From positions 1-54,873 of the forward strand of contig CABSMZ010000001.1 of the NCBI GenBank assembly GCA_902478875.1: a stretch of DNA of 54,873 bases, written 5' to 3'. Origin of the DNA: an uncultured Collinsella sp. (GTDB taxonomy: Bacteria; Actinomycetota; Coriobacteriia; Coriobacteriales; Coriobacteriaceae). The notes under the pieces are model-generated. The model ran no database searches, had not been told where the DNA came from, and was given only the letters and a program-made list of their open reading frames with translations. Shown here one piece after another: positions 38,776 to 50,071 of this stretch (position 1 is its first letter; every line of letters starts with the position of its first letter). Position numbers and translations under genes: made by a program.

Positions 38776-38803
38776 CTTACAAACACTTGACAATGCGCTC
38801 ACG
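38776..38803 (+). promoter_or_regulatory. Candidate Pho box upstream of pstB
   Basis: cttaca, ttgaca and ctcacg hexamers at an 11-bp period. Confidence 0.45.
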
Positions 38804-38868
38804 TGCATATGAGCCGCGATTTCTACTATCGATACTGCTGAATTGATATCGATGTGGAGGTATGCGGT

Positions 38869-39744
<876 letters not shown>

Positions 39745-39808
39745 TACCATCTAGTAAAGGTACCTTTAGGGTTAAGATGCGGTCATGCCGGCCGCAAAGG
39801 GGTTCAAC

Positions 39809-40537
39809 ATGATCTATTACGTCGAGGACGATGACAACATCAGGGATTTGACGGTCTACGCGCTGCGCAAGCAGGGGATCGAGGCCGAAGGCTTTTCGTG
39901 CGACGGCGAGTTTAAGGCCGCCGTGGCGCGACGGGTACCCGATGCCGTCCTGCTCGACATCATGCTGCCCGATACCGATGGCTTGGCGATTATGCGCCGC
40001 CTGCGTGCCGATCGCCTGACGGCGACGGTGCCCATCATGATGCTTACCGCCAAGGACACCGAGCTCGACAAGGTGATGGCGCTCGATGGCGGTGCCGACG
40101 ATTACCTGACTAAACCCTTCTCGCTCATGGAGCTCGCCAGCCGCTGCCGCGCACTGCTGCGTCGCGGCGGCATGGTCAAACAGGCAAGCGATGTGCTCAG
40201 CGTGGGCGACATTGTGCTCTCGCCCAGCCATCGCGAGGTGACCGTTGCCGGCGAGCCGCTTAAGCTCACCCTGCGCGAGTTCGACCTGCTCGAGTACCTC
40301 ATGCGCAAGCCCGGCGTGGTTTTTACCCGCGAGTCGTTGCTGCAGAGCGTGTGGGGCTGGGACTTCGACGGCGGTTCGCGCACCGTTGACGTGCACGTGC
40401 AGACGCTTCGCCAAAAACTGGGCGAGCATGCCGGCGCCATCGAGACCGTGCGCGGCGTGGGCTACCGCTTGGCCGAGCCTTCTGCCGGTGATGGTGCCGA
40501 AGGTGACGACACCGCGGCCACCGCATCGGAGGAGTAA
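39809..40537 (+). CDS. PhoP/PhoB-like response regulator
   Basis: IYYVEDD, LDIMLP, GADDYLTKPF and SRTVDVH..LRQKLG motifs; next to pstB. Confidence 0.88.
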   Translation: MIYYVEDDDNIRDLTVYALRKQGIEAEGFSCDGEFKAAVARRVPDAVLLDIMLPDTDGLAIMRRLRADRLTATVPIMMLTAKDTELDKVMALDGGADDYLTKPFSLMELASRCRALLRRGGMVKQASDVLSVGDIVLSPSHREVTVAGEPLKLTLREFDLLEYLMRKPGVVFTRESLLQSVWGWDFDGGSRTVDVHVQTLRQKLGEHAGAIETVRGVGYRLAEPSAGDGAEGDDTAATASEE

Positions 40538-40540
40538 CCC

Positions 40541-41965
40541 GTGGTCTTCGCCCCCCAGGGAAAACATACGCTGTCGCACCGCGTTTTTGTGACGATCTTT
40601 GTCTGCGCCATGGCGGTTATCGTGGCGTTTACGGTGCTGGGTGCGTTCTTTGTGCAAAACACCTTGGCGGATGCCACGAGTGCCAACCTGGCGCAAGAAA
40701 CCGAGCTCATTGCTGCCGCCCTCGACGAGCAGCAGGAGCCCATCCCGTTCTTGCGTAGCCTCGATCGAGAGGACTTGCGCATCACGCTGATTAACAAGGA
40801 TGGATCGGTTGCCTACGACAACGAGGCGTCGCCTTCCACACTGCCCAACCATGGCGATCGCCCCGAGGTCATCGAGGCCTTTGAGAGTGGTTCGGGTTCC
40901 GCGGAGCGCGCAAGCTCTACGCTCGACGAGATTATGCTGTATCGCGCCGTCGCCCTTGATAACGGCCAGGTTGTCCGCTTGGCGCAGGCCCAGCCTGGCG
41001 TTGCGGCGATTTTGCTGTCGATGGTGGCGCCGATGCTGCTTATCGCAGCAGCGGGTGCGGTACTCTCGTTTTTTATGGCGCGCCGCGAGTCCCGTGCCAT
41101 CATCGCGCCTTTGCAAGAGGTGGATTTGGACCACCCACGCCGTAGCTATGAGCACGCCTATGCCGAGATGGTCCCCATGCTTGAGCGTATTGAGTCGCAG
41201 CGCCAGGAGCTCAAGCGCCAAATGGCGGTGCTGGCGGACAACGACCGTATGCGCCGCGAGTTCACGGCGAATATCACCCATGAGCTCAAGACGCCGCTTA
41301 CGGCGATTTCGGGCTATGCCGAGCTCATCGCAAACGGCATGGTCGAGGGCGAGGGCGACCTGCGCAACTTTGGCGGTCGCATCTATCGTGAGGCGGGCCG
41401 CTTGGCAGCGCTTGTCAACGATATCCTTACGCTGTCTAACTTGGACGAGGCCGAGCGTGCAGCTGAGGGCGAGGCGGTGCCCATTGGGTCCACGGAGCCT
41501 ATTGAGCTCTCGCGTGCCATCTACGCGGTCGAGCAGCGTCTTGAACAGGTCGCCCGTCAGGCGAATGTGACGATAAGTCATGAGACCAAGCCTGTGGTCA
41601 TCGAGGGCGTGTCGCGCTTGATTGACGAGCTCATCTATAATCTGGCAAGCAACGCCATCCGCTACAATCGACCCGGCGGTACGGTTACGCTGCAGTGCGG
41701 CACCAACGACGAAGGCCATCCGTTCCTTGCGGTCGCCGACACGGGAATCGGTATCGCGCCTGAAGAACAGGGCAAGGTATTTGAGCGGTTCTATCGCGTG
41801 GACAAGAGTAGGTCCAAGGCACGCGGCGGAACCGGTCTGGGGCTTGCCATTGTCAAGCATGCGGCCCTGTATCATCACGCCACGCTCGATCTGTCGAGCG
41901 AGTTGGGCGTGGGAACCACCATTACGGTGACGTTTCCCATACAGCAGGACGAGCCATTCGCATAG
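40541..41965 (+). CDS. PhoR-like sensor histidine kinase
   Basis: Two TMs; RREFTANITHELKTPL, NAIRYN and ERFYRVDKSRS..GGTGLGL motifs. Confidence 0.88.
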   Translation: MVFAPQGKHTLSHRVFVTIFVCAMAVIVAFTVLGAFFVQNTLADATSANLAQETELIAAALDEQQEPIPFLRSLDREDLRITLINKDGSVAYDNEASPSTLPNHGDRPEVIEAFESGSGSAERASSTLDEIMLYRAVALDNGQVVRLAQAQPGVAAILLSMVAPMLLIAAAGAVLSFFMARRESRAIIAPLQEVDLDHPRRSYEHAYAEMVPMLERIESQRQELKRQMAVLADNDRMRREFTANITHELKTPLTAISGYAELIANGMVEGEGDLRNFGGRIYREAGRLAALVNDILTLSNLDEAERAAEGEAVPIGSTEPIELSRAIYAVEQRLEQVARQANVTISHETKPVVIEGVSRLIDELIYNLASNAIRYNRPGGTVTLQCGTNDEGHPFLAVADTGIGIAPEEQGKVFERFYRVDKSRSKARGGTGLGLAIVKHAALYHHATLDLSSELGVGTTITVTFPIQQDEPFA

Positions 41966-41990
41966 CGATATAACATAGATATTGATGCAG

Positions 41991-42025
41991 ACGCCGCATT
42001 TGACTTTCGGGTGCGGCGTTGTTGT
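41991..42025 (+). terminator. Probable terminator after the PhoR-like kinase
   Basis: acgccgca...tgcggcgt stem followed by a T/G-rich tail. Confidence 0.55.
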
Positions 42026-42160
42026 GCAATTTTACGATTGCTTCCGACATTTTTACAGGAGAGCCTGTTTCTTATGTATAGAGTTTGGTCTCGGTAAAAA
42101 GATGCGATAACATACGAACAGTTTTGTCAATCCGAACTGGGGAAATGAAAGGCAAGCTGC

Positions 42161-42817
42161 ATGACCCTTCTCGAACTGTTCCAGCTGCTGAAGAAGCACC
42201 TTCAGCTGGTCATCACCCTTCCGGTGGTCTGCGCGATCGCCATGGGCATCGTGTCCTTCGTTGCGATGGACAACACCTATACCGCGACGACGAGCATGTA
42301 CATTCTCGCCAAGACCGACGATAGCGGTCAGATGAGCTACAACGATCTCTCGGCGAGTCAGATGCTTTCCAACGATATCGCCACGCTGCTGGATAGCGAT
42401 AGCGTTAAGAGCGGCGCAGCCAATGAACTGGGCCTCACCGATCTGGATGACTACAAGGTGTCTGTTTCCTCCGAGACCACCACGCGTGTCATTACGCTTT
42501 CGGTTACCGGCACCGATGCCAAGGAGACGGCTAAGGTCGCAAAGGCCATGGCCAGCTCGGTGAGTACGGTCGCTCAGAACGTCGGCGCTGCCCAGAGCAT
42601 CAACGTTATCGACGAGGCTAAGACCCCCGAAGCCCCCAGCGGTCCCAAGCGTATGCTGTACGTTGCTGTCGCGTTCCTCGCCGGTATCTTTATCGCAGTT
42701 GCCTATGTCGTTTTGGCAGACATGCTCAATACCCGCATCCGCGGTGCCGAAGAGGCAGAAGAGCTCCTGGGCATTCCCGTTGTTGGCCGAATTCCGGCTA
42801 TGAAAGGTGGTAAATAG
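42161..42817 (+). CDS. CpsC/Wzz-like tyrosine kinase modulator (chain-length regulator)
   Basis: Two TMs; YTATTSMYI, PSGP and E..LGIPVVGRIP motifs. Confidence 0.88.
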   Translation: MTLLELFQLLKKHLQLVITLPVVCAIAMGIVSFVAMDNTYTATTSMYILAKTDDSGQMSYNDLSASQMLSNDIATLLDSDSVKSGAANELGLTDLDDYKVSVSSETTTRVITLSVTGTDAKETAKVAKAMASSVSTVAQNVGAAQSINVIDEAKTPEAPSGPKRMLYVAVAFLAGIFIAVAYVVLADMLNTRIRGAEEAEELLGIPVVGRIPAMKGGK

Positions 42818-42819
42818 GC

Positions 42820-43557
42820 ATGGCTAAGGCAAAGAACACCGATAAGCTCGTTGTACAGAATGCCGCCAAGACCCTTCTGGCCAACATCCGCTTTGCGAGC
42901 GTGGACGACCCCATTCGCACCATTACCGTCACGTCCTCGATTCCCAACGAGGGCAAGTCTACGGTTTCCATCAACCTTGCTCAGGCTATCGCCACGAGCG
43001 GCAAGTCCGTGCTCCTGGTCGAGGCCGATATGCGCCGCAGGTCCCTTTCCGATATGCTCGGCGTTCGTTCGCGCGGCGGACTCTATGCGGTCCTTTCCGA
43101 GCAGATCTCCATTGACCAGGCAATTGTCGAGACGGGTCAGAAGAACTTCTACTTCCTCGATGCCGAGCCGCACATTCCCAATCCTGCCGACATCATCGTT
43201 TCTCACCGCTTTGCCAAGCTGGTCAAGGCGCTGTCTGCCAAGTTCCAGTACGTCATCTTCGACGCTCCTCCGGTCGGCACCTTCATCGATGCTGCCGAGA
43301 TTGCCAGCCTGACCGACGGCACGCTGTTCGTGGTGCGCGAGGACTTCACCAAGCGCGAGGAGGCACTCAACGCCATCGGCCAGCTTAAGAAGTCCGAAAA
43401 GGTCAAGCTCATCGGTACCGTCATGAATTACTGTGAGACCGAGACCAGCGAGTACTACTATTCTTACTACACCAAGGACGGTAAGAAGGTTAAGAAGGGC
43501 TCCGACGATCAGGGGACTTCCAAAAAGGGCATCTTCACCAACCGAGCAAACGTTTAG
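42820..43557 (+). CDS. CpsD/CapB-family bacterial tyrosine kinase
   Basis: TSSIPNEGKST, VEADMRR and FDAPP motifs; C-terminal tyrosine cluster EYYYSYY. Confidence 0.92.
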   Translation: MAKAKNTDKLVVQNAAKTLLANIRFASVDDPIRTITVTSSIPNEGKSTVSINLAQAIATSGKSVLLVEADMRRRSLSDMLGVRSRGGLYAVLSEQISIDQAIVETGQKNFYFLDAEPHIPNPADIIVSHRFAKLVKALSAKFQYVIFDAPPVGTFIDAAEIASLTDGTLFVVREDFTKREEALNAIGQLKKSEKVKLIGTVMNYCETETSEYYYSYYTKDGKKVKKGSDDQGTSKKGIFTNRANV

Positions 43558-43573
43558 TTGATAAGGCTGACCT

Positions 43574-44224
43574 ATGCGTGACATTCATTGCCATATCTTG
43601 CCGGGTGTAGACGACGGCGCCGCCGATCTCGATGAGAGCTTGGCGATGCTCGAGGCTGCCAAGCGGGCCGGTGTAACCAGAATCGTTTGCACTCCTCACT
43701 GTCGTGATCCCTATTTTGATTACGACAAGATGTGGGATGCCTTTGAGCTGCTGCGTGATAACGCTGACGGTTTTCCGCTCCAGATGGGCTTCGAGGTCAA
43801 CCATCGAAAGCTCGTTGAGCTTGGTATCGATGCTGCGGAGCACTTGCATTTCGATGGGACCAACGAGTTTCTGCTCGAGCTTTCGACGCATGCCGATGCG
43901 TATGCGTTTAGAGAGTACGAGAACACGATTTACGATTTGCAGTGCCGTGGCTACCAGGTGATCATCGCTCATCCTGAGCGCTATCGTGCGGTTCAAAAGG
44001 ATGTAAGCGTGGCGGAGCGCCTGGTCGATATGGGCTGCAAGCTGCAGGCTTCGGCGGACTTTATTGCCGGCGGTCGCTTTGGTCGCGAGAAAAAGCCGGC
44101 ACAGCGCCTGTTCGATCAGAACCTGTACAGCTTCATCGCGAGCGATGCCCATAACGTGGGTCATTACGACTGCCTGGCGAAGGCTCGCGCGAAGTTTAGC
44201 GTGCGCGGAGCTCATTTTCGCTAA
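43574..44224 (+). CDS. CpsB/CapC PHP-family tyrosine phosphatase
   Basis: DIHCHILPGVDDG, TPH, AHPERY and ASDAH motifs. Confidence 0.92.
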   Translation: MRDIHCHILPGVDDGAADLDESLAMLEAAKRAGVTRIVCTPHCRDPYFDYDKMWDAFELLRDNADGFPLQMGFEVNHRKLVELGIDAAEHLHFDGTNEFLLELSTHADAYAFREYENTIYDLQCRGYQVIIAHPERYRAVQKDVSVAERLVDMGCKLQASADFIAGGRFGREKKPAQRLFDQNLYSFIASDAHNVGHYDCLAKARAKFSVRGAHFR

Positions 44225-44263
44225 TATCTGTCCCTAACGTTCGCATTGAATGAAAGGGCAGCC

Positions 44264-44764
44264 ATGGATATCCAACTTAAGACGGGATGCTTTGATGACG
44301 CGGCGTTGGTGCGCCGCGTCGTTTTTATGGACGAGCAGGGCTACGAGAATGAGTTCGACGCTATCGACGAGGATCCGAACTGCATTCATGTGACGCTCTA
44401 TGTAGACGACGAGCTTGCCGGTTGCTCGCGCGTGTTTCCCGAAGAGCTTGAACGCGTGGCTGACGCAGGGGCCCCGGTGTTGCCGGCATGCGACATGGAC
44501 GAAGACGTTGCGGCGGGGGAGACCTACATTATGGGGCGCGTCGCCGTGCTGCCGGCTAGGCGTCGTCGCGGACTGGCGAGTGCGATCGTCGAGACCAGTG
44601 CTTCGTGTGCACGCGATGCCGGCGCTAAGCTTATTAAGCTGCATGCGCAGGAATACGTGCTGCCGCTCTATGCAAAGGCGGGCTACACGCAAATTGCCCC
44701 GGTAGATTACGAAGACGAGGGCCAACCCCATGTCTGGATGGCCAAGCGCGTAGATGGCAGATAG
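44264..44764 (+). CDS. GNAT family N-acetyltransferase (ElaA/YjcF-like)
   Basis: VRRVVFMDEQG, GRVAV...RRRGLA, LHAQ and H.WM motifs. Confidence 0.85.
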   Translation: MDIQLKTGCFDDAALVRRVVFMDEQGYENEFDAIDEDPNCIHVTLYVDDELAGCSRVFPEELERVADAGAPVLPACDMDEDVAAGETYIMGRVAVLPARRRRGLASAIVETSASCARDAGAKLIKLHAQEYVLPLYAKAGYTQIAPVDYEDEGQPHVWMAKRVDGR

Positions 44765-44966
44765 GGACGTTCCTTTTCTGCCGGCAGTTGGGGACGCTCC
44801 TTGGCAATTGGCGCATCGGAGCGCTTAGACATACAGTTTTTCGATTCCGTATGTATATATGCGCGCTAATGGGTTATAAAATCTAAGTCTGAACATAGCA
44901 GGTCTGCGATTCGGCTCGGGCGACCGGGCCGTTTTTGCGGACGGGGGTAGCGCGAAAGGACTGCAC

Positions 44967-46991
44967 ATGCGTCAATTTAAGACCGAGAGCAAAAAACTGC
45001 TCGACCTCATGATCAACTCCATCTACACCAATAAGGAAATCTTCCTGCGCGAGCTTATCTCTAACGCGAGCGACGCCGTCGACAAGCTCAACTTTAAGAG
45101 CCTGCAGGATCCGAGCGTCAAGATCGACCAGGGCGACCTGGCTATTCGCGTTTCCTTTGATAAAGACGCCCGCACCATTACCATCTCGGATAACGGCATT
45201 GGCATGACCGCCGAGGAGCTCGAGCGCAATCTGGGCACCATCGCCCATTCCGGCTCCGAGGAGTTTAAGACCGAGAACGCCGAGCAGCAGGGTTCGGATG
45301 TCGACATCATCGGCCAGTTTGGCGTGGGCTTCTACTCGGCTTTTATGGTCGCCAGCCATGTGAAGGTCGTCAGCCGCGCCTATGGCGAGGATGTCGCCCA
45401 TGTGTGGGAATCCGACGGTCTTGAGGGCTACACCATCGAGGACGGTGAGCGCGCCGAGCAAGGTACCGATGTCATCCTGACGCTGCGCGAGAACGAGAAG
45501 CTCGATGCCGACGGCGAGGCCGAGACCTACGATCGCTTCCTGACCGAGTGGGGTCTCAAGAGCCTGATTCAGCAGTACAGCAACTATGTGCGCTACCCGA
45601 TTCAGATGATGGTGTCCAAGAGCCGCCAGAAACCCAAGCCCGAGGACGCCGGCGACGATTACAAGCCCGAGTACGAGGACTACCAGGAGCTCGAGACCGT
45701 CAATTCCATGACACCGATCTGGAAGAAGCGCAGCTCCGATGTCGAGCAGAAGGACTACGACGAGTTCTACAAGTCCACGTTCCACGACTTTGACGATCCT
45801 GCGCGCACCATCAGCTTCCATGCCGAGGGCACGCTCGAGTACGATGCCCTGCTGTTTGTGCCGGGCCGCGCGCCGTTCGATCTGTACAGCAAGGATTACG
45901 AGAAGGGTCTGGCACTCTACAGCTCCAACGTCCTGATCATGGAGAAGTGCGACGACCTGCTGCCCGACTACTACAACTTTGTCCGCGGCGTCGTGGATTC
46001 CGCCGATGTGTCGCTCAACATCTCGCGTGAGACGCTGCAGCAGAACCGTCAGCTCAAGGCCATCGCCAAGCGTGTGGAAAAGAAGATCACCGCCGACCTT
46101 GAGGATATGCGTGACAACGACCGCGAGGCCTACGAGAAGTTCTTTGAGAACTTTGGCCGCGGTCTTAAGTACGGCATCTACTCGAGCTATGGCATGAAGG
46201 CCGATGAGCTCGCCGATCTGTTGCTGTTCTGGTCTGCCAAGGAACAGAAGATGATTACCCTGGCCGAGTATGCCAAGGGCATGCCCGAGGATCAGAAGGC
46301 CATCTACTACGCCGCCGGCGACTCGCGTGAGCGCTTGGCCAAGATGCCCGTGGTAAAGGGCGTGCTCGACCGCGGCTATGACGTGCTGCTGCTGACGCAG
46401 GACGTGGATGAGTTCACCTTCCAGGCTATGCGTGAGTACGTTGCCGCCGATATGCCCAAGATCTACGAGGACGATGCCGCCCGCGAGGCTGCCGAGAAGG
46501 CCGTGGCCGATGGTGCCGAGCCCGAGGTTGAGGATCGTCACCTGGAGCTCAAGAACGTCGCAACCGGTGATCTTGACCTGGCGACCGAGGACGAGAAAAA
46601 GGAGGCCGAGGACGCCACCAAGGAGAACGAGGACCTCTTTAACGCCATGAAGGAGGCACTCGGCGACAAGGTCGAGAAGGTTGCCGTCTCTGCGCGCCTG
46701 ACCGATGCTCCCGCGTGCATCACCACCGAGGGCCCGCTTTCGCTCGAGATGGAGAAGGTGCTCCAGAAGGGTCCCGAGGGCGCGCCCGACGGTATGCCCA
46801 AGAGCCAGCGCGTGCTCGAGCTCAACGCCAAGCACCCGGTCTTTTCCAAGCTCGTCGCCGCTCAGAAGGCGGGCGACGCCGACAAGATCAAGCAGTACTC
46901 CGGTTTGCTCTATGACCAGGCCCTGCTGGTCGAGGGCATCCTCCCCGAGGACCCCGTAGCCTTCGCGGCGGCTGTTTGCAACTTGATGTAG
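44967..46991 (+). CDS. htpG: Molecular chaperone HtpG (Hsp90)
   Basis: NKEIFLRELISNASDA, DNGIGMT, IGQFGVGFYS and LNISRETLQ motifs. Confidence 0.98.
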   Translation: MRQFKTESKKLLDLMINSIYTNKEIFLRELISNASDAVDKLNFKSLQDPSVKIDQGDLAIRVSFDKDARTITISDNGIGMTAEELERNLGTIAHSGSEEFKTENAEQQGSDVDIIGQFGVGFYSAFMVASHVKVVSRAYGEDVAHVWESDGLEGYTIEDGERAEQGTDVILTLRENEKLDADGEAETYDRFLTEWGLKSLIQQYSNYVRYPIQMMVSKSRQKPKPEDAGDDYKPEYEDYQELETVNSMTPIWKKRSSDVEQKDYDEFYKSTFHDFDDPARTISFHAEGTLEYDALLFVPGRAPFDLYSKDYEKGLALYSSNVLIMEKCDDLLPDYYNFVRGVVDSADVSLNISRETLQQNRQLKAIAKRVEKKITADLEDMRDNDREAYEKFFENFGRGLKYGIYSSYGMKADELADLLLFWSAKEQKMITLAEYAKGMPEDQKAIYYAAGDSRERLAKMPVVKGVLDRGYDVLLLTQDVDEFTFQAMREYVAADMPKIYEDDAAREAAEKAVADGAEPEVEDRHLELKNVATGDLDLATEDEKKEAEDATKENEDLFNAMKEALGDKVEKVAVSARLTDAPACITTEGPLSLEMEKVLQKGPEGAPDGMPKSQRVLELNAKHPVFSKLVAAQKAGDADKIKQYSGLLYDQALLVEGILPEDPVAFAAAVCNLM

Positions 46992-47021
46992 TTCGGGGAT
47001 ACGGCACCGTAACTAGATTAG

Positions 47022-47091
47022 AACGAGAGTGGATAATCTCCCACTTTTGGCTCGAATGCGGGCTTGAAGTGGGAGATTTTCCACTCTCGTT
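47022..47091. repeat. Long hairpin (25-bp arms, 1 mismatch) after htpG; terminator or REP-like
   Basis: aacgagagtggataatctcccactt / aagtgggagattttccactctcgtt. Confidence 0.8.
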
Positions 47092-47290
47092 TTCCTCCGT
47101 CCCCAAGGGATCAATTATTTGTCGGGGTTGTGGTTTTGTGACCTGCTGAAATTAAAGATACTGTACAACTGTACGTTAATTTGTCTTCGTAGTATATTGC
47201 TACCCGCAAAACTCAACACCATTGTGCTTTGAGACGTTAAAGCGCCTACGTACAATGGTTGTCGATAGTACGATTCGATTTAACGACAGG

Positions 47291-50071
47291 ATGGATGGTC
47301 CAAGCGTGAGTCTCGGCAGCAAACTATCCAATGCAAAGGTCTCCTTTGCGATATTTAAGCGCGACATTAAGCGACTGCTTGTGAACCCCGTTGCCTTGGT
47401 GGTTACCCTCGGCGTGTGCGTTATTCCCTCACTGTATGCCTGGTACAACATCGTGGCAAACTGGGATCCGTACGGAAACACCCAGGGCATCAAGATTGCC
47501 ATCGCCAACAACGATCAGGGCACTCAGAACGACCTGGTGGGCGATCTCAACGCGGGCGACCAGGTCGTCGATCAGCTCAAGGAGAACGATCAGCTGGGCT
47601 GGACCTTCGTCGATTCGGCGGCCGATGCCAAGGAGGGCGTCGAGAGTGGTGAGTACTATGCGGCCATCGTAATCCCCAAGAACTTCTCGGATAACCTGGT
47701 TTCGATGCTCGACGGCAACTACCATCAGCCCAAGCTTACGTACTACGTCAATGAGAAGAAGAGCGCCATTGCACCCAAGGTTACCGACACCGGTGCAAGT
47801 ACCATCGAGAAGCAGATCAACTCGGAATTTGTCTCCACGGTGGGCGAGACCGTCGCCAGTATTGCCAAGGATGCCGGAGTCGATTTAAAGGACAAGGCAA
47901 CTCAGACTCAGGATTCGTTGGCAAGTTCTGTCTCCGAGGCATCCGATACCTTGGGCGAGGTGCACGATTCGATTGGCGACATGAATGCCGCCATCGATAA
48001 GACGAGTGGCGCCATCGCCTCGGCCGATGCGGCACTTGCCGGCCTGCAGGGTCAGGCGCCGTCACTGACGCAGGCGATCTCTCAGGGTAACGACCTGCTG
48101 GGCGAAGCTCGCACCACGGCGGGCAACTCTATCGCCTCGCTCTCCAAGGCGCTCTCGGAAGGCAGCCTTGCGCTTACCAAGACGTCGGCCTCTGCGAACG
48201 CTGCCATCGGCAAGCTGACGGGCACGGTCACATCTACGACCACCCGTATCGACAACTCGCTCGAGTCTCTCCAAGCGACGATCGACCACAATAAGGCCGT
48301 TATCGGGCACTTAGAGATTCTCGCCAATGACACGTCGACAGGTTCCGAGGAAATTGACGCGCGCATTGTATCGACCATCGATTTGCTTCGAGAGCAGAAT
48401 GAAAAGCTTCAGAGCATCAAGGACGGTCTGTCTGCGCAGTCGAGCGCCATGGCGAATGACGCCGCGGCTGTCTCGGGTGCCAGCGACGCTATCAATAACG
48501 CAATTCAGACCGGTGCGACCAACCTTGGCCAGGCCCAGACGGACCTGGGTCAAAACGCGCTGCCGAAGGCCTCGAGCGCGCTTGATTCCTTTGCCGCCGT
48601 CTCGGGTGATTTGACGGGTATCGTATCTGGCCTCACGCCCACGATTGCAAGCGCGCGCGGTACGCTTTCGCAGCTTAACGCTACGCTCGGCCAGGCCAAG
48701 ACCACGCTGTCCCAGACCGATTCCTCGCTTGCCAAGGTCCAGGACAAGCTCGCAACCGCCGCCAACGACATCGCGGCGCTACAGACCTCCGAGTCCATGG
48801 GCGAGCTGGCCGACCTGATGGGCGTCGACGTCAATGACGTCGCAGACTTCATGGCATCTCCGGTTGAGCTCGCGTCCAAGTCGATCTATCCGGTTAAGAG
48901 CTTCGGCTCGGGCATTGCCCCCTTCTACACCAATCTGGCGCTTTGGGTGGGCGGCTATGTGCTCATCGCCATTTACAAGCTCGAGGTCGACCGTGAAGGT
49001 GTTGGCAGCTTTACGGCGCGCCAAGGCTACTTTGGCCGCTGGTTGCTCATGGTGATCCTGGGCGCGTTGCAGGCCATCATCGTTACGGTAGGCGATCTGG
49101 TGATTGGCGTGCAGTGCGTCAGCCCGCTGCTGTTCGTGCTGGGCGGCATCGCCATTTCGTTCACCTACGTCAATATCATCTATGCGCTGTCCACCACGTT
49201 TAAGCATATCGGCAAGGCTATCGGCGTCATTCTCGTCATCGTGCAGATCCCGGGTTCGTCGGGCATGTACCCCATCGAGATGATGCCCGGCTTCTTCCAG
49301 TGGCTGCACCCGCTGCTGCCCTTTACCTACGGCATCAATCTGCTGCGCGAGACGGTCGGCGGCATGTATTCGTTCAACTACCTGTTTAACCTGTGCATTC
49401 TGGGCGTGTTCTTGATCGTGGCGCTCTTTATCGGCCTGCAGCTGCGTCCGCTGCTGCTCAACCTTAACCTGCTCTTTGATAAACAGCTCTCCACGACCGG
49501 TATGATGATTTGCGAGTCCAACGACCTGCCGCGCCAGCGCTACTCGCTGCGCACGGCCATGCGCGTCATGCTCGATTCCGATTCGTACCGTCGCGAACTG
49601 CTCGATCATGCGGTCGCCTTTGAACATCGCTACCCGTACTACATCAAGGGCGGTTTTGCCGCCGTGGTGGGCGTTCAGGTCCTGCTCTTTGTCCTGTCGA
49701 CGGTTCTCGATATCGACAATAACGGCAAGATCATCCTGCTTGTCATTTGGATCATCTCGGTTATTGCCATCTGCGGCTGGCTTATCAATATCGAATATAT
49801 CCGAGCGAGCCTCAATACCCAGATGCGCATCTCGGCGCTTTCGGATGAGGACCTGCGTCGCGAGATGCGCGAACACACGGCCGCCATTCCTGCCGCCCGC
49901 CACATGTTTGGCCTCAACGCCAGCGAGCGTGGTGCCAAGGGCGGCGATCAGTCCACGGGCCGCTTGCCGCATATCGGCTCGCACCATAAATCTCAGGGCA
50001 GCGACAGCACAGCCACAAATGATGGAGATACCACCGCGCTTGGCAAGCACTCCAAAGGAGGTGAGGCATAA
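47291..50071 (+). CDS. YhgE/Pip-domain membrane protein (start approximate)
   Basis: PSLYAWYNI..NWDPYGNT, YYVNEKKSAIAPK, long coiled coil and C-terminal PFYT.LALWVG/GMYPIE TM domain. Confidence 0.9.
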   Translation: MDGPSVSLGSKLSNAKVSFAIFKRDIKRLLVNPVALVVTLGVCVIPSLYAWYNIVANWDPYGNTQGIKIAIANNDQGTQNDLVGDLNAGDQVVDQLKENDQLGWTFVDSAADAKEGVESGEYYAAIVIPKNFSDNLVSMLDGNYHQPKLTYYVNEKKSAIAPKVTDTGASTIEKQINSEFVSTVGETVASIAKDAGVDLKDKATQTQDSLASSVSEASDTLGEVHDSIGDMNAAIDKTSGAIASADAALAGLQGQAPSLTQAISQGNDLLGEARTTAGNSIASLSKALSEGSLALTKTSASANAAIGKLTGTVTSTTTRIDNSLESLQATIDHNKAVIGHLEILANDTSTGSEEIDARIVSTIDLLREQNEKLQSIKDGLSAQSSAMANDAAAVSGASDAINNAIQTGATNLGQAQTDLGQNALPKASSALDSFAAVSGDLTGIVSGLTPTIASARGTLSQLNATLGQAKTTLSQTDSSLAKVQDKLATAANDIAALQTSESMGELADLMGVDVNDVADFMASPVELASKSIYPVKSFGSGIAPFYTNLALWVGGYVLIAIYKLEVDREGVGSFTARQGYFGRWLLMVILGALQAIIVTVGDLVIGVQCVSPLLFVLGGIAISFTYVNIIYALSTTFKHIGKAIGVILVIVQIPGSSGMYPIEMMPGFFQWLHPLLPFTYGINLLRETVGGMYSFNYLFNLCILGVFLIVALFIGLQLRPLLLNLNLLFDKQLSTTGMMICESNDLPRQRYSLRTAMRVMLDSDSYRRELLDHAVAFEHRYPYYIKGGFAAVVGVQVLLFVLSTVLDIDNNGKIILLVIWIISVIAICGWLINIEYIRASLNTQMRISALSDEDLRREMREHTAAIPAARHMFGLNASERGAKGGDQSTGRLPHIGSHHKSQGSDSTATNDGDTTALGKHSKGGEA

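Noticed and set aside
42110..42130. cgaacagttttg upstream of cpsC as an SOS box
   Set aside because: The right half-site GTTC is absent at the required spacing.
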